Below are positions 45,403-45,591 of a stretch of DNA of 45,591 nucleotides, one piece after another. A program made the position numbers and the translations under genes. The notes under the pieces were generated by a model. The model was not told where the DNA came from. It saw only the letters and a program-made list of their open reading frames with translations, and ran no database searches. The stretch is from Acidobacteriota bacterium (GTDB lineage: Bacteria > Acidobacteriota > UBA6911), in assembly GCA_017860135.1 (NCBI GenBank), contig JAFNAG010000001.1, positions 1 through 45,591 of the forward strand, written 5' to 3'. The number at the start of each line of letters is the position of its first letter. Position 1 is the first letter of the stretch.

Positions 45403-45591
45403 CAGCGTGTGGATCAGGCTCTTGCGGCCGGCTTCGAATGCTGCAATATCCGACTCCCGGTTCAGGACATATCCCAGCTCGTCCACTCCTTCGAGAAGGC
45501 ACTGCCGGGCGAAGCCGTCGATCGGGAATGAAAACGCCCGGCCATCCGGCAGACGGATGGTCTGGGCGGCGAGGTCGACGCGCACGACCGC
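45397..45591 (-). CDS. leuD: 3-isopropylmalate dehydratase small subunit, C-terminal part (gene runs off the right edge)
   Basis: ...[51 protein letters not shown] is collinear with the LeuD C-terminus (E. coli ...[32 protein letters not shown]). Confidence 0.8.
   Translation of the reverse strand, partial: AVVRVDLAAQTIRLPDGRAFSFPIDGFARQCLLEGVDELGYVLNRESDIAAFEAGRKSLIHTLA

Overview
This is a high-GC chromosomal segment from a diderm bacterium. The protein sequences look Acidobacteriota-like, but that is inference only. There are four parts.

(1) 1-11.2 kb, minus strand: rpmA'-rplU, an OmpR/HisKA two-component pair, an outer-membrane biogenesis block (bamA, a SurA_N-like chaperone, tamB) and ychF.

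(2) 11.6-28.4 kb, plus strand: a complete, tightly packed dcw cluster, mraZ-rsmH-ftsL-ftsI-murE-murF-mraY-murD-ftsW-murG-murC-ftsQ-ftsA-ftsZ. It has no murB or ddl. A sigma70-type promoter and a phased MraZ operator are readable upstream.

(3) 28.5-37.2 kb: a PPC-domain lipoprotein preceded by a perfect CRP-type palindrome, a PlpD-like patatin/POTRA/Omp85 protein, a rhomboid protease, rph-rdgB, a 284-bp palindromic MITE-like element, tRNA-Pro(UGG), a spermidine-synthase-like protein and tatD.

(4) 37.3-45.4 kb: an accessory-looking block of about 8 kb, bracketed by a 29-bp direct repeat. It holds an RRE-fused radical SAM/SPASM enzyme with no obvious substrate gene, an SGNH esterase, a roughly 1090-aa OmpA/peptidoglycan-binding protein with no signal peptide, and a DUF3592-like membrane protein. 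The 3' end of leuD follows.

The fourth block is the best candidate for an undescribed system. Its function cannot be assigned from sequence alone. Most other long ORFs in the track are antisense shadow ORFs typical of high-GC DNA.
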